Shown here: piece after piece, positions 11,001 through 24,992 of the stretch
Layout of the letters: each line of letters begins with the position of its first letter
How positions within the stretch are numbered: the first letter of the stretch is position 1
Assembly (NCBI RefSeq): GCF_001194135.2
Contig: NC_068983.1
Location: forward strand, 150,960,775 to 151,024,774
DNA length: 64,000 nt
Origin: Octopus bimaculoides
Taxonomy: Eukaryota
Direction of reading: 5' to 3'
The notes under the pieces: model-generated
Told to the model about the DNA's origin: nothing
Database searches by the model: none
Seen by the model: only the letters and a program-made list of their open reading frames with translations
Program-made: the position numbers and the translations under genes

Positions 11001-12694
11001 NNNNNNNNNNNNNNNNNNNNNNNNNNNNNNNNNNNNNNNNNNNNNNNNNNNNNNNNNNNNNNNNNNNNNNNNNNNNNNNNNNNNNNNNNNNNNNNNNNNN
11101 NNNNNNNNNNNNNNNNNNNNNNNNNNNNNNNNNNNNNNNNNNNNNNNNNNNNNNNNNNNNNNNNNNNNNNNNNNNNNNNNNNNNNNNNNNNNNNNNNNNN
11201 NNNNNNNNNNNNNNNNNNNNNNNNNNNNNNNNNNNNNNNNNNNNNNNNNNNNNNNNNNNNNNNNNNNNNNNNNNNNNNNNNNNNNNNNNNNNNNNNNNNN
11301 NNNNNNNNNNNNNNNNNNNNNNNNNNNNNNNNNNNNNNNNNNNNNNNNNNNNNNNNNNNNNNNNNNNNNNNNNNNNNNNNNNNNNNNNNNNNNNNNNNNN
11401 NNNNNNNNNNNNNNNNNNNNNNNNNNNNNNNNNNNNNNNNNNNNNNNNNNNNNNNNNNNNNNNNNNNNNNNNNNNNNNNNNNNNNNNNNNNNNNNNNNNN
11501 NNNNNNNNNNNNNNNNNNNNNNNNNNNNNNNNNNNNNNNNNNNNNNNNNNNNNNNNNNNNNNNNNNNNNNNNNNNNNNNNNNNNNNNNNNNNNNNNNNNN
11601 NNNNNNNNNNNNNNNNNNNNNNNNNNNNNNNNNNNNNNNNNNNNNNNNNNNNNNNNNNNNNNNNNNNNNNNNNNNNNNNNNNNNNNNNNNNNNNNNNNNN
11701 NNNNNNNNNNNNNNNNNNNNNNNNNNNNNNNNNNNNNNNNNNNNNNNNNNNNNNNNNNNNNNNNNNNNNNNNNNNNNNNNNNNNNNNNNNNNNNNNNNNN
11801 NNNNNNNNNNNNNNNNNNNNNNNNNNNNNNNNNNNNNNNNNNNNNNNNNNNNNNNNNNNNNNNNNNNNNNNNNNNNNNNNNNNNNNNNNNNNNNNNNNNN
11901 NNNNNNATATATATATATAAAATTTTTATGTATGTATGTGATTGTGTATGTGTCTGTATTTCAATATTCTGAAATATACCCACACGCTTTCTCTTTGTTA
12001 TACTCTTACACGCACAGTGCACAGATATCACTATTATCTACACCCCATGGTGGGATACTCTCATACATCACTGACAAATACAATTACTTATTTACTCTTG
12101 GAAAGAATGTCCAGATTGGGTTTTAATTATGGTGACATTTCATATTGAGGAGGCGTATCATGCGCACCATAGGGAAGTCACGATGAAACTGTATATACGT
12201 ATTTATGTGTGTATATGTGATGTGTATGTGTGTGTGTATACACCTACGTACATTCATACATATACATACATTTATATATATATATATATATGTCTGTGTT
12301 AGTACATATATATACATATATTTATAATCGTATATGTTATACATAGAAATATATGTGTGTGTATGTGTGTATATGTAATATAGTAGCATGTATATATGTA
12401 TGTATAATGAACCTATAAATTGCTACAACTTAATATGTGTTTTCTAAGAGTAGCTGTGCGCACACGAGTGTGTGTCATTATCTATGTGTGTGCATGTGTG
12501 TGTGTGTGTGTATGTGTATTTGTGTGTATGTTTATACATATAGAAATGGGTCTATAATAATATACTTGCTGGTTTGTGTAAACTAATACGTGAAGTGAGG
12601 TAGGAAATTTCATATGCGTGTTTCAGATGTCACTGTTGATCATATGATGTACGTAGGAGATGAGTATGGACAAGTAATCATGTATGTAAGTATG

Positions 12695-12737
<43 letters not shown>

Positions 12738-12846
12738 GTGTGTGTCTGTGCGTCTGATTTCTGATAACTAGCCATGCAAAGAGAAACATGTACACAATTA
12801 TATTCATGTAGATAAATAGGTTATGTACTCAAAAGCACAATCGTCT

Positions 12847-12912
<66 letters not shown>

Positions 12913-13294
12913 NNNNNNNNNNNNNNNNNNNNNNNNNNNNNNNNNNNNNNNNNNNNNNNNNNNNNNNNNNNNNNNNNNNNNNNNNNNNNNNNNNNNNNNN
13001 NNNNNNNNNNNNNNNNNNNNNNNNNNNNNNNNNNNNNNNNNNNNNNNNNNNNNNNNNNNNNNNNNNNNNNNNNNNNNNNNNNNNNNNNNNNNNNNNNNNN
13101 NNNNNNNNNNNNNNNNNNNNNNNNNNNNNNNNNNNNNNNNNNNNNNNNNNNNNNNNNNNNNNNNNNNNNNNNNNNNNNNNNNNNNNNNNNNNNNNNNNNN
13201 NNNNNNNNNNNNNNNNNNNNNNNNNNNNNNNNNNNNNNNNNNNNNNNNNNNNNNNNNNNNNNNNNNNNNNNNNNNNNNNNNNNNNNNNNNNNNN

Positions 13295-13342
<48 letters not shown>

Positions 13343-13904
13343 TTTGAGACATAAACGTACATTTGTAATAAGGTGATTAATTACAAGTTTGCTACTCGGA
13401 GTTTCTCGTTACATGCGTTCGTTCAGGCATGTATGAAATGAGTTGTAAGAAGAATTATGTTACGGGCCACCGTTCAAATCAATTCTCATTGGTGAAGATC
13501 ATCAAGTAGTTGTTTGGGCTGTGGATTTGTGGATAATGTTACTATACTGAGTTTAACAGAGATGATGTTGGGAAGGAAACTTGAATCTGTCGTATTAATG
13601 GTTAGGTAGCTATTCTTCGGGCAAGTGGAAATTGTTCTGAAAGAACTGTCACGGGTGACAAAGAATAGAAAGTACATTAACTCTGCTGTTCTCCAATATT
13701 TCTGGCTGTATGCTACACTTTAGTACTTCATTATAATATGAGGTATTTTTGTACATGATTAATGTGAGTGTGAATAGATATTAGGATAATAAAAGTTTCC
13801 AGTTCTTACGACATAGTCTGAAATAAACATCAAGATGCAATTCAATAAATTCGTAAATTTAAGCACTTTTCAATTTCTCGGTGCATAGGATCGTGCTTCT
13901 CAAA

Positions 13905-14200
13905 AGTTGTGATGTACAGAGTAATATCTAGCTCCCTTTGATAGTTTTGGCAGGCGTATGCAGGACTTACCAAGAACACCTTTAAGAACCGATAACAGCA
14001 TTTACACTCATTCAGGTCGAGGGACAAGTAGAAATATTAAATACACAGAAAGTGCATATCTGAACGTGCTGCAAAAACCTAACATGTAACAACGGAGTTT
14101 TAAAGTGTAAGCTATCCATAACTAGATCCAGAAGCAAACAACATCGTCATTGAAAAAGGAAATCGAAGGAATTTCCATTTACTACTAATAGAGACTTTTC
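13905..14200 (+). mobile_element. Penelope-like element GIY-YIG endonuclease remnant (multiple stops)
   Basis: In-frame VVMYRV...YAGLTKNTFKNR*QHLHSFR resembles the PLE motif VY....YIG.T...FK.R...H..SF. Confidence 0.5.
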
Positions 14201-15029
14201 TTTCTACGTAACATCTACACATCCAAATTACTCACATCTAAATTACCCCATATTTATCAGAGCTAATACACTGCAAACTCTGTGATGTAACAACCACAAA
14301 TACTTGTACGTAAAATCTGTGAGCTTTTCTCTATAGCGCAACTAATTTCAGTGATTGTAAAATGATTTACAATCCTGAAAATAAAGCAAACACCAGACTC
14401 ATAACAGCCAATGAGAATCGACTTGAACGATGTTCTGTCTGCACATCGCTTCTGCACGCTTCATTTCATTGTTGCTTGAACGACCACACTCCAAGTAGTA
14501 TCGAAATGAATGATATCAACTGATTTCTAATAAAGTGTAGATCATATTGAATAATCCTTATCTCGTTTGTAAACAAATACATATATGTATGTATGTGTGT
14601 GTGCGTGTGCATTCATTCATTCATACATACATACATACATACATATGTGTGTGTGCGTGTGTAAGTGTGTATTGTTGAAGGATTGCCTAGTTATTCTACA
14701 GTTTTCTCCAGTAAAACTGGATGACCAGTATCTGCTCTCCTCAAATGTTTTAACTTTCTATTTCTGTGTCAGGATCACAATGTAGTCCACTTAACATCAA
14801 CATGATTTCCATCTAATGAGACATCTCATTAAACTGTATGGTCTCAAGTAAGGCTAGATCATTGAGAAATTCTCACAGTATGGCTTCTTGGTCAACCAAT
14901 AAGCTGGACCAATGGAACTTAGTAGACAGAAACTACCAAATTTTACACAAAGTTTTTTTTTTTTTGCTTTAGTAGTCAAATGGTTTCACGGAACACATAA
15001 AACCGGTCGGTCGACCTGGTTCTCTGTCT

Positions 15030-15340
15030 TTTACGACGACGAGTGTTCTAGTTGATTCGATCAATAAAACATGAAATAAAAAATGAAATCAACGTGCAAC
15101 TTGCTGAGCAGCCCACGGACACGCATACCTTTATCATAGTTTTAAGGGAGATTCAGTGTGACACTGAATGGAATAAGACTGGCTCTTTTGAATTACGGGA
15201 ACAACCCATTTTTGCCAGGTGAGCGGACAGCAATCATGTGAAATAAAGTGTCTTGCCCAAGGAAGCAACGCACCACTTGGAATCGAACTCAGGATTTTAC
15301 AATCGTGGGCCGAAGACCCCAACCACTAAGTCACACTGCA
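15030..15340 (-). mobile_element. SINE family C2, diverged
   Basis: Reverse complement contains cttagtggttggg, gagttcgattcc, cttgggcaagacactttatttcac and tail X. Confidence 0.75.
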
Positions 15341-16320
15341 TAAGTCCGGTAACAAGTCTAAGGTATTAGATATCGTTTCATTTTATCATCGATATCTAAA
15401 CGGTTTTGCTAAAAGCTTTAGTAAACAGGGATATTAATATTTCTATCGTTTGTGTAAAGAAAACGTAGGGAAGGCAACTTTATTTTTGAAGACTTTTGCT
15501 GGGTTTGAACACAAACACACANNNNNNNNNNNNNNNNNNNNNNNNNNNNNNNNNNNNNNNNNNNNNNNNNNNNNNNNNNNNNNNNNNNNNNNNNNNNNNN
15601 NNNNNNNNNNNNNNNNNNNNNNNNNNNNNNNNNNNNNNNNNNNNNNNNNNNNNNNNNNNNNNNNNNNNNNNNNNNNNNNNNNNNNNNNNNNNNNNACACA
15701 CACACACACACACACACATGCAAACGCGTGTACGCGCTTTACACACTAGTTGTTTCCTGTTTCTTTTGATCAAACAATTAACTCTATCGGCGCACCTTTA
15801 ACTTGCTAAAAATAGCAACGAAATTCCCTCCCATCATGTATCACCTAAAAGAAAATTTTCATTAGATAATATAATATGCAATGCAGCATTCCAGAAGAAA
15901 ATAAGACGTGAGGGCTATGGTTATAATGCATTTGATCATAGGACAAGTTAGAATCGACTTGAAGTAAAACGGTACGACTGACGAAACAGTAACCCCCAAC
16001 CATGGAACCATGACACGGCTGCTCAGCCTGATAAAAAAATAAAACAATGATATTTTTTCTGGGACAACGGTCAGTTGTGTAAAAGAGGAAATATATATTG
16101 AATAAGGTAGAGTTGGGAAGGGCGGAAATAAGATGATGTACTCACGACTGGAACGCCTGAGTATAGGTCTGCTAGATGAGAGCCGACTTGGTGTCAAGTA
16201 AAAAAGACAACACGCACACAGGACCACACAAAAGCTTTCACTGTCTGTCCCTCCTTCACACACACACACACACACATATATGGTAGTCTCAGATTACTAG
16301 TTCGATGAAACACTGAAAGG

Positions 16321-16361
<41 letters not shown>

Positions 16362-16924
16362 GATCCACTAATTTCTAATTATCTCTTACTCTGTTCCACC
16401 AAAACCACGCCTCCAGGCTAATCAGGCGTGTTTGATTCATAGAGTTCCGCTGCGTTGATTCTCCCTCCGCGGCTCCCCTATGAGCTCAATTTCCTCCCAA
16501 GTGATTAATCGTTTACCTTAATAAGCAAATAAAAAGCATTTCAGAAAAAGAAAAATACAAAAATATGAAAACACTTACATAAACAAATAATTTGCTAAAA
16601 AATTACGTTTATCTAATTTTGTTTCTCATTTATTATTTTAATTTTAAAGGTGAACTGGTTAAGTGATTTGGACCTAAAACTTATCGCTCATATCTTCCCA
16701 TCCCTATAGGGGTTTCGTTCTGAAGCACTTGTAAAACTCTCATGCCGTAAGTACATTTGTTTTCCTCTTGATACTTGAAATGTTGATATATCTTTCATTG
16801 GAAAGCTACCCGTGATAGCTTGGCTGGCTTCCTGGTCCATGCAATAATGATGTTACTTATCGGCTTCTATATCTAAATGTGCGTGTACATGTATATCCAT
16901 CCATCCATCCACCCATCTATCCGA

Positions 16925-17049
16925 GGACCGAGGCCATTATTTATGAAGCCACTGTAAATTCTACGAACGCTAATAGCACAATTTCATCCGAGACATATGT
17001 AGGTCTCACAGAGGGAAATCTTAAAGCAAGATTCAACAATCACACCTTA
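16925..17049 (+). mobile_element. Penelope-like element GIY-YIG fragment
   Basis: RTEAIIYEATV...ETYVGLTEGNLKARFNNHT matches the PLE (Neptune-like) endonuclease IIY.ATV...YIGLTE..FK.RYNNH. Confidence 0.7.
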
Positions 17050-17599
17050 TGCATACATACATACATACATACATACATACATACAATCATATACACACAC
17101 ATACTCATACGCATATTCAAATTTGTTCTTCAAAATTATTGATGTGAAATCATATTTTAAAATAATGGTGAACTATGGAAGGGGCGCTATGCTCCCACTA
17201 ATGCACGCTCACTGTTTATCTTTCATCTCAGTTTATTATCATTTAATTAAATAGTCAGGTAATTAATCAATCAGTTATCTGATCGATTAACTTCTATTTT
17301 CATAGCTCTTTGCCATGCCATTGACAATATACTCCTCATAATCCTCTACTGTGCTATTACCACGTGTTCTCTGCTCTTTTCTTGGAATTTTGATCATTGG
17401 AATGTAGATTAAACCCACCAGAAATGAGTACTGACATGGAGAAGGCAGAAGGGCTGCATCCTCACCGATAGATTAACTGGGCCATGGCAGAAGAACTTTG
17501 ATAAATAACGTAAACAATTAATTCATTGATTAACTAATGGAGTTACATATGGAATTGAAATGGAATCTGATACAAGGTTGGATATGATTGGTGCATACA

Positions 17600-17635
<36 letters not shown>

Positions 17636-17739
17636 TACACAAACACACACACATACATACACACATATATATATAGGCACACGCATGCATACACACAAAG
17701 ACGTGTTTATGTGTGTGTGTATACACGTATGTATTTAGC

Positions 17740-19000
17740 AATGTCAGGAGGAATCTGATCACATTCCTTGAAGACAATGATTTGCTTCCCGATTCCCAGC
17801 TTCCACTCAGAAGAAGCTACCTTACACTTAGGAAGATTCTTCTGCAGCATTATTACTGAGTATTGAAACAACTAATGTATCACTCAATCAGAGATGTGAT
17901 AAATCTTGATTTTGCAAATGTCTTTGATAAGATTAATCACAGGAAGTTACGTCATAAGCTACGAGGACTCAGCATACGTGGACAACTGAGAGTCATTACA
18001 TGACTTTATAAAAGACAGAAGCCAGCCTGTGACAGCCAATGGGGACCTCCCCTAAAAGCGGTTAATAGCGGGTTGAGTGCATCAAGCAACTATCTTTGGG
18101 TCGCTACAGTGGAAGATGCTGCTAATATTAGTAGCTATATTGAAGCCAAAATGTAGCACCAGTGAAGAATCCTGTCGATGTCGTATAAATGTGCAGAAGA
18201 AATCAACATGAAATTTCTGCCAACACATCGCAAAAAAAGTACTTTGGACCAAAAGAAGCAGCAGTCATGGAGTCAAACACGGCGCAGGATCTGGGAATTA
18301 ATATGAGCAACGAGGCTTCGTTTTATGTACTTATCATTAAAATGATTGCAATGTGCAAGCGGATGGTCAGATGGATTCTCAGATCTTTCAGAACAAGGGA
18401 TCAGAAAACTATACTGGTTCTATGGAGGATGTTTGTCTCAGCCATCTGGATTACTGCTTTCAACTATGGTCACCCAGCAGTGTCAAAATAATATCGGAAC
18501 TCGGGGCAGTTCAGCGGCGTTATACCACAAAGATTGCATCAGCGAAATACTTGAACACCAGGGAGAAACTGAAAGAATTACCTCTTTATTCTCTGGAGCG
18601 AAGACGGGAGACATATGTGGTGATATACACGTGGACGATCCCAAAAGGACTGGTATGAAGTCTTGGCATCGAGAGTTGGAAAGTATTCCAAAGGCCCCAC
18701 CCATCCCGTCTAAAGTACGAACCAGGTACTGCAATAGCTGGGTATTCAAAGACCCACAACTATTCAATATCTCGTAAAAATAAAAACTCTGAGATCTATA
18801 TAATATTGGGGTAGATGTTTTCAAGCGGTACCTAGACATTCTGTCGTTCACGATCCCAGATTAACCCATATCACGGCAAGAAACTCAGGCAACAGTATTA
18901 AACTCCCTCCTTCATCAAAAGTCAACCACATGAGAATAGGCTTCGAAACAGTGATGATACTAGCAGTGCTACAGCAAGGCCACAGTCTCTGGGCTTAAAC
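17740..19000 (+). mobile_element. CR1-type LINE, 5'-truncated, decayed RT and 3' end
   Basis: DVINLDFANVFDKINHRKLRHKL (RT motif LDFAKAFDKV.H), WILRSFRTRD, HLDYCFQLWSP, VQRRYT, LYSLERRRE; internal deletions and frameshifts. Confidence 0.9.
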
Positions 19001-19470
19001 GTATATGGATATAAATACATACATGAATACATAGATAGGTATGATCAAAGTACGAGCCTCTTGCTTTGCCAGCCACGTCATCGGGTACTGAATGCGTCTT
19101 GAAGATTTTAATCTTGACTATTAAGATCAAATTTTCTTAACTTTTAAGTATCATTAGGTTAAAGTTACATTAGTTATTTATCACTATATCAAAGTCCTCA
19201 AGATTGCACATACGTATTATGAATTTACAATATATGCATACATAGACACAAGAATCACACACATGCTATCGTACAGTCATGAAATATAAATACACACAGA
19301 TTTACAGATACATATGTATCAATGAAATCTGAGATCTAGACATTTCGGAGTACACATGAGTAACAAATTTGATGACAAGCATTAAGTATTCATAGAAAGG
19401 AAGAACGAAAAAATAGAAAGAATGAAAGAAAAGGCTAGGTAGATGAATGAATAAATAAACGCACATATAT

Positions 19471-19758
19471 ACGCAGGAGTGGCTGTGTGGTAAGTGGCTT
19501 GCTTACCAACCACATGGTTCCGGGTTCAGTCCCAATGCGTGCCACCTTGGGCAAGCGCCTTCTACTACAGCATCGGGCCGACCAAAACTTTGTGAGTGGA
19601 TTTGGTAGATGGAAACTGAAAGAAGCCCGTCGTATATAAATGTGTGTGCGTGTATGTGTGTGTGTGTGCTTGTGTGTGTGCTTGTGTGTGTGTGCTTGTG
19701 TGTGTGCTTGTGTGTGTGTGTATGTTTGTGTGTCTGTGTTTGTCACCCCAGCCCGTCG

Positions 19759-19802
<44 letters not shown>

Positions 19803-20005
19803 TGTTTGTCCCCCTAGCATTGCTTGACAACCGATGCTGGTGTGTTTATGTCCCCGTCAGATAGCGGTTCGGCAAAAGAGACCGATAGAATAAGTACTAG
19901 GCTTACAAAGAACAAGTCCTGGGGTCGATTTGCTCGACTAAAGGCAGTGCTCCAGCATGGCCGCAGTCAAATGATTGAACCAAGTAAAAGAAAAATTAAA
20001 AGAAT
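19471..20005 (+). mobile_element. SINE family B, full length, with an expanded and internally duplicated microsatellite
   Basis: Complete head and tail; the motif gcccgtcgtatata occurs twice (~19625, ~19751), each followed by (TG)n. Confidence 0.92.
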
Positions 20006-20355
20006 ATGTGTATAATATATATTTAAGGGGTAATCAATGGAATATAGATCCGTAACAGTGTATATACATTTTTGAAGAATGCTTGGAATCAATTAACTTT
20101 ACGTGGTTAAACTGAAATTGCTGTAGGAACACTCGTATTTGAAGATATATAGTTTAAAGATCCTATAGAGGCAGAATCAGCAAAAAAGTAATCCATTCAG
20201 TGAAAGATAAATATGAATTTAAATATACAACCGAAAGAGCTGCTTATAGTTTCATGTTACGATGGTACTTGAACAGATATACTTAATTAAAATACGCCAT
20301 GCATTTTAAAGCAATTTTTGAGACTCTGTTTATGCGTTATATATATTTAAAAAAT

Positions 20356-20676
20356 GTGAAGGCGCGTGGCTTAGTGGTTAGGGCTTTCGGCTCGCGATCG
20401 TAAGGTCGTGAGTTCAATTCCCGGCGACGCGTTGTGCTTTTGAGGAAGACACGTTTCACGTTGCTCCAGTCCACTCAGCTGGCAAAAATGAGTAGTACCT
20501 GTATATCAAAGGGTCAGCCTTGTCACACTCTGTGCCACGCTAAATCTCCCTGAGAACTACGTTAAGGGTACACGTGTCTGTGGAGTGCTCAGTCACTTGC
20601 ACGTTAATTTAACGAGCAAGCTGTTCCGTTGATCGTTTCAGCTGGGACCCTCGTGGTCGTAACCGACGGAGTGCTC
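20356..20676 (+). mobile_element. SINE family C2 (tRNA head, CORE-like segment, tail X)
   Basis: gtgaaggcgcgtggcttagtggttagg, gagttcaattcc, ttcacgttgctccagtccactcagctg; tail shared with 1860-2243. Confidence 0.88.
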
Positions 20677-22035
20677 CGTATTTTAAAAAGCAAGGACACT
20701 GGGCAATAAGAAAATAACAAGAAATCGTCCAGCCTCCTTGTTTTTAACATATATACTTATAACTCTTGCACTAGCATTACTGACAACACGTCAACCTATC
20801 ATGCTGTTTTAACGAGTAGACAACATCCGTAAAGATCGTAGAATCTTCCACTTTCCGTGAGCGTCAAGCTAATACACCTTGTCTGTTGTTCCCTATACAC
20901 GAGCAAGCACATAAATGCAAAACAAGGTGGAAAAAGTAGTACTCGAATACCTAAGGTAGAGCAATATACTTTTATTAAAGCTGAAAAGAAAATATATATA
21001 TATATATGTATGTATACACGTCTGAAACAGTTGTAGTGAACCTCAACCGATTTCTGTTCTTTCTTTGTGTGCGTGCGTGTGTGTGTGTGTGTGTGTGTGT
21101 GTTTGTGTGGTGATTTATTGTTGTTATTTCAAGAAAACGTTTATGACATGGTTCTGTTTTTAGCAGGTATTCTGAAAGCGATGTGCTCCACCACGGTTAA
21201 TATTTCTCTTGAAAAGTTTAGAGATGACGACTGTAAAAAAAAAAAAAAANNNNNNNNNNNNNNNNNNNNNNNNNNNNNNNNNNNNNNNNNNNNNNNNNNN
21301 NNNNNNNNNNNNNNNNNNNNNNNNNNNNNNNNNNNNNNNNNNNNNNNNNNNNNNNNNNNNNNNNNNNNNNNNNNNNNNNNNNNNNNNNNNNNNNNNNNNN
21401 NNNNNNNNNNNNNNNNNNNNNNNNNNNNNNNNNNNNNNNNNNNNNNNNNNNNNNNNNNNNNNNNNNNNNNNNNNNNNNNNNNNNNNNNNNNNNNNNNNNN
21501 NNNNNNNNNNNNNNNNNNNNNNNNNNNNNNNNNNNNNNNNNNNNNNNNNNNNNNNNNNNNNNNNNNNNNNNNNNNNNNNNNNNNNNNNNNNNNNNNNNNN
21601 NNNNNNNNNNNNNNNNNNNNNNNNNNNNNNNNNNNNNNNNNNNNNNNNNNNNNNNNNNNNNNNNNNNNNNNNNNNNNNNNNNNNNNNNNNNNNNNNNNNN
21701 NNNNNNNNNNNNNNNNNNNNNNNNNNNNNNNNNNNNNNNNNNNNNNNNNNNNNNNNNNNNNNNNNNNNNNNNNNNNNNNNNNNNNNNNNNNNNNNNNNNN
21801 NNNNNNNNNNNNNNNNNNNNNNNNNNNNNNNNNNNNNNNNNNNNNNNNNNNNAAAAAGTAAAAATGCCCAGAATTTATAATTGTATAAAAAAAAATATCT
21901 CCCCGTCACCCCCACCCAAAAACAGCCAGGCAAGACAAGCAAGACAAGCAAGACAAGCAAGACGCAATAGGTTATTAAACGGCGCCAGGTATCGCTTGTA
22001 AACATGACTTAGGACCAGGCCACTACGGAAGCCAC

Positions 22036-22630
22036 CCATAACCACCACCCTCACCACCACTACCACTACCACCACTACCACTACCACCACTGCCACTACC
22101 ACCACTACCACTACCACCACTACCACTACCACCACTGCCACTACCACCACTACCACTANNNNNNNNNNNNNNNNNNNNNNNNNNNNNNNNNNNNNNNNNN
22201 NNNNNNNNNNNNNNNNNNNNNNNNNNNNNNNNNNNNNNNNNNNNNNNNNNNNNNNNNNNNNNNNNNNNNNNNNNNNNNNNNNNNNNNNNNNNNNNNNNNN
22301 NNNNNNNNNNNNNNNNNNNNNNNNNNNNNNNNNNNNNNNNNNNNNNNNNNNNNNNNNNNNNNNNNNNNNNNNNNNNNNNNNNNNNNNNNNNNNNNNNNNN
22401 NNNNNNNNNNNNNNNNNNNNNNNNNNNNNNNNNNNNNNNNNNNNNNNNNNNNNNNNNNNNNNNNNNNNNNNNNNNNNNNNNNNNNNNNNNNNNNNNNNNN
22501 NNNNNNNNNNNNNNNNNNNNNNNNNNNNNNNNNNNNNNNNNNNNNNNNACCACCACTACCACTACCACCACTACCACTACCACCACTGCCACTACCACCA
22601 CTACCACTACCACCACTACCACCACCGTCA
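22036..22630. repeat. (CCACTA/ACC)n repeat spanning a gap
   Basis: Direct reading on both sides of N-run 22159-22549. Confidence 0.9.
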
Positions 22631-22943
22631 CTACCACGGCCTTCACCACCAACAGTCACGACCATCAAAGCAACCACAAAATCTACTCCCACTGTCTCTA
22701 CCTCTACTGACGCTACTTTCATAGTCCCAACAAAACCACCGCTACCGTCACGACCACAAACGCCATGACCAAGACCAACGCCATCCCTCCTCCACCCACC
22801 ACCACTGTCGCAAACGACTATCACGGATATTGTCATTCATCTTCACCACCATCTTCATCATCATTGACATTAATTTTCGTGCTTTTATTGTAGTATTTAA
22901 GTTCGTTAAATAAGTTAGATCTCTTCCACCCTATGTCCTTCCT

Positions 22944-22957
22944 TGTCTGTCTGTCTA

Positions 22958-23004
<47 letters not shown>

Positions 23005-23019
23005 GCCTGCCTGCCTGTG

Positions 23020-23060
<41 letters not shown>
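22944..23060. repeat. (TGTC)n/(TATC)n tetranucleotide repeat
   Basis: Direct reading. Confidence 0.95.
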
Positions 23061-23061
<1 letters not shown>

Positions 23062-23147
23062 GCTCGAACCGTAACCCCTTTACAGAAACAATTCACAGAA
23101 TAAGATAAATTAGAAGACACACGAACATACCTAATTATATGAATGAA

Positions 23148-23216
<69 letters not shown>

Positions 23217-23968
23217 GTGTATGTATATATGTATATATACACACACACACACATACACACAGATANNNNNNNNNNNNNNNNNNNNNNNNNNNNNNNNNNN
23301 NNNNNNNNNNNNNNNNNNNNNNNNNNNNNNNNNNNNNNNNNNNNNNNNNNNNNNNNNNNNNNNNNNNNNNNNNNNNNNNNNNNNNNNNNNNNNNNNNNNN
23401 NNNNNNNNNNNNNNNNNNNNNNNNNNNNNNNNNNNNNNNNNNNNNNNNNNNNNNNNNNNNNNNNNNNNNNNNNNNNNNNNNNNNNNNNNNNNNNNNNNNN
23501 NNNNNNNNNNNNNNNNNNNNNNNNNNNNNNNNNNNNNNNNNNNNNNNNNNNNNNNNNNNNNNNNNNNNNNNNNNNNNNNNNNNNNNNNNNNNNNNNNNNN
23601 NNNNNNNNNNNNNNNNNNNNNNNNNNNNNNNNNNNNNNNNNNNNNNNNNNNNNNNNNNNNNNNNNNNNNNNNNNNNNNNNNNNNNNNNNNNNNNNNNNNN
23701 NNNNNNNNNNNNNNNNNNNNNNNNNNNNNNNNNNNNNNNNNNNNNNNNNNNNNNNNNNNNNNNNNNNNNNNNNNNNNNNNNNNNNNNNNNNNNNNNNNNN
23801 NNNNNNNNNNNNNNNNNNNNNNNNNNNNNNNNNNNNNNNNNNNNNNNNNNNNNNNNNNNNNNNNNNNNNNNNNNNNNNNNNNNNNNNNNNNNNNNNNNNN
23901 NNNNNNNNNNNNNNNNNNNNNNNNNNNNNNNNNNNNNNNNNNNNNNNNNNNNNNNNNNNNNNNNNNNN

Positions 23969-24135
23969 TTGTACCCACACCATCGTTTGACAACAAATGT
24001 TACTATGCATAGGTCCCCGTAACTTAGCGGATCGGCAAAATACACCGATAGAATTAGTACTAGGCTTACAAAGAATTGTCCGATTTGTTCGACTGAATGG
24101 CCGCAGTCAAATGACAAACAAATAAAAGAATAAAA
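23969..24135 (+). mobile_element. SINE family B 3' half (5' part presumably in gap)
   Basis: ccccgtaacttagcgg.tcggcaaaa..ccgatagaattagtactaggcttacaaag..gcagtcaaatgac. Confidence 0.85.
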
Positions 24136-24137
24136 GA

Positions 24138-24202
<65 letters not shown>

Positions 24203-24874
24203 TATATATATATGTGTATGTATATATGTATATATACACACACACACACATACACACAGATACACATATCTAAACCTATAAAAATATGATTAATGGATAC
24301 CTAAGTTAATTGAATGAGAGTTAATTGAATGAGAGTTTAACTCATATTAAACAAAATGTCTAACGGGATAGTCGAATGGTGGGGAGAGAAATCTAACATT
24401 AATTAAACTATGTGTCTAATTTGGTTAGACTGCAGGGTCGTCTTTCAGTTTGATGACAGAAACTTATGGAGAGGTATACACCTAGTAAGAATTTCTGCTC
24501 CTTAATTTAGGAGATCGGTGCACTTCTTCCATCTAAGAAGTATGTGTCTGTTTCGGTTATACAGGGCCTGCACTTGTTGATCAGTTAATGAATGACCTAG
24601 ATCTCTCTATGATGATCGGTGATGGCGAGCAGTAGTTTTTTTTTTTTTAGACGTAAGCACTAGAGTAGTACAGTAAATTACAGCCAGCCATTACTGGCAT
24701 GCTAACATGTTCCGTGGTTTCGTTAAAAGTTTTAAGTGTCTATGTAGTCACGAGCAGACATAGACAACTTTTTGATCTCTCTATCATTGACTCAATGATA
24801 TATGTCAAATATGTGGCAGCTAGAGAGAAAGAGGATTGCATCAGCACACGGCTGATGTTTATTTAAAACACAGC

Positions 24875-24992
24875 AGCCTGGAGCAACATGAAATAAAGTG
24901 CCTTACTTAAGGGCATAACCCGCTGGCCAGTCGAAGAGTTGAACACAACCGTATGATCTACAATCACAACCTAACCATTAAGACACGCGCCT
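24875..24992 (-). mobile_element. SINE head fragment (C2/D type), diverged
   Basis: gagcaacatgaaataaagtg...aaccattaagacacgcgcct. Confidence 0.55.

Noticed and set aside
15862-16275. 137-aa minus-strand ORF largely outside microsatellite
   Set aside because: No recognisable domain, it starts within a (TG)n tract, and I found no splice or codon support.
22550-22870. Thr/Pro-rich mucin-like reading (TVTTIKATTKSTPTVSTST...)
   Set aside because: It grades out of a (CCACTA)n repeat, the frames contain stops, and similar decayed trinucleotide tracts occur elsewhere (3240-3310, 26590-26690, 49300-49478).
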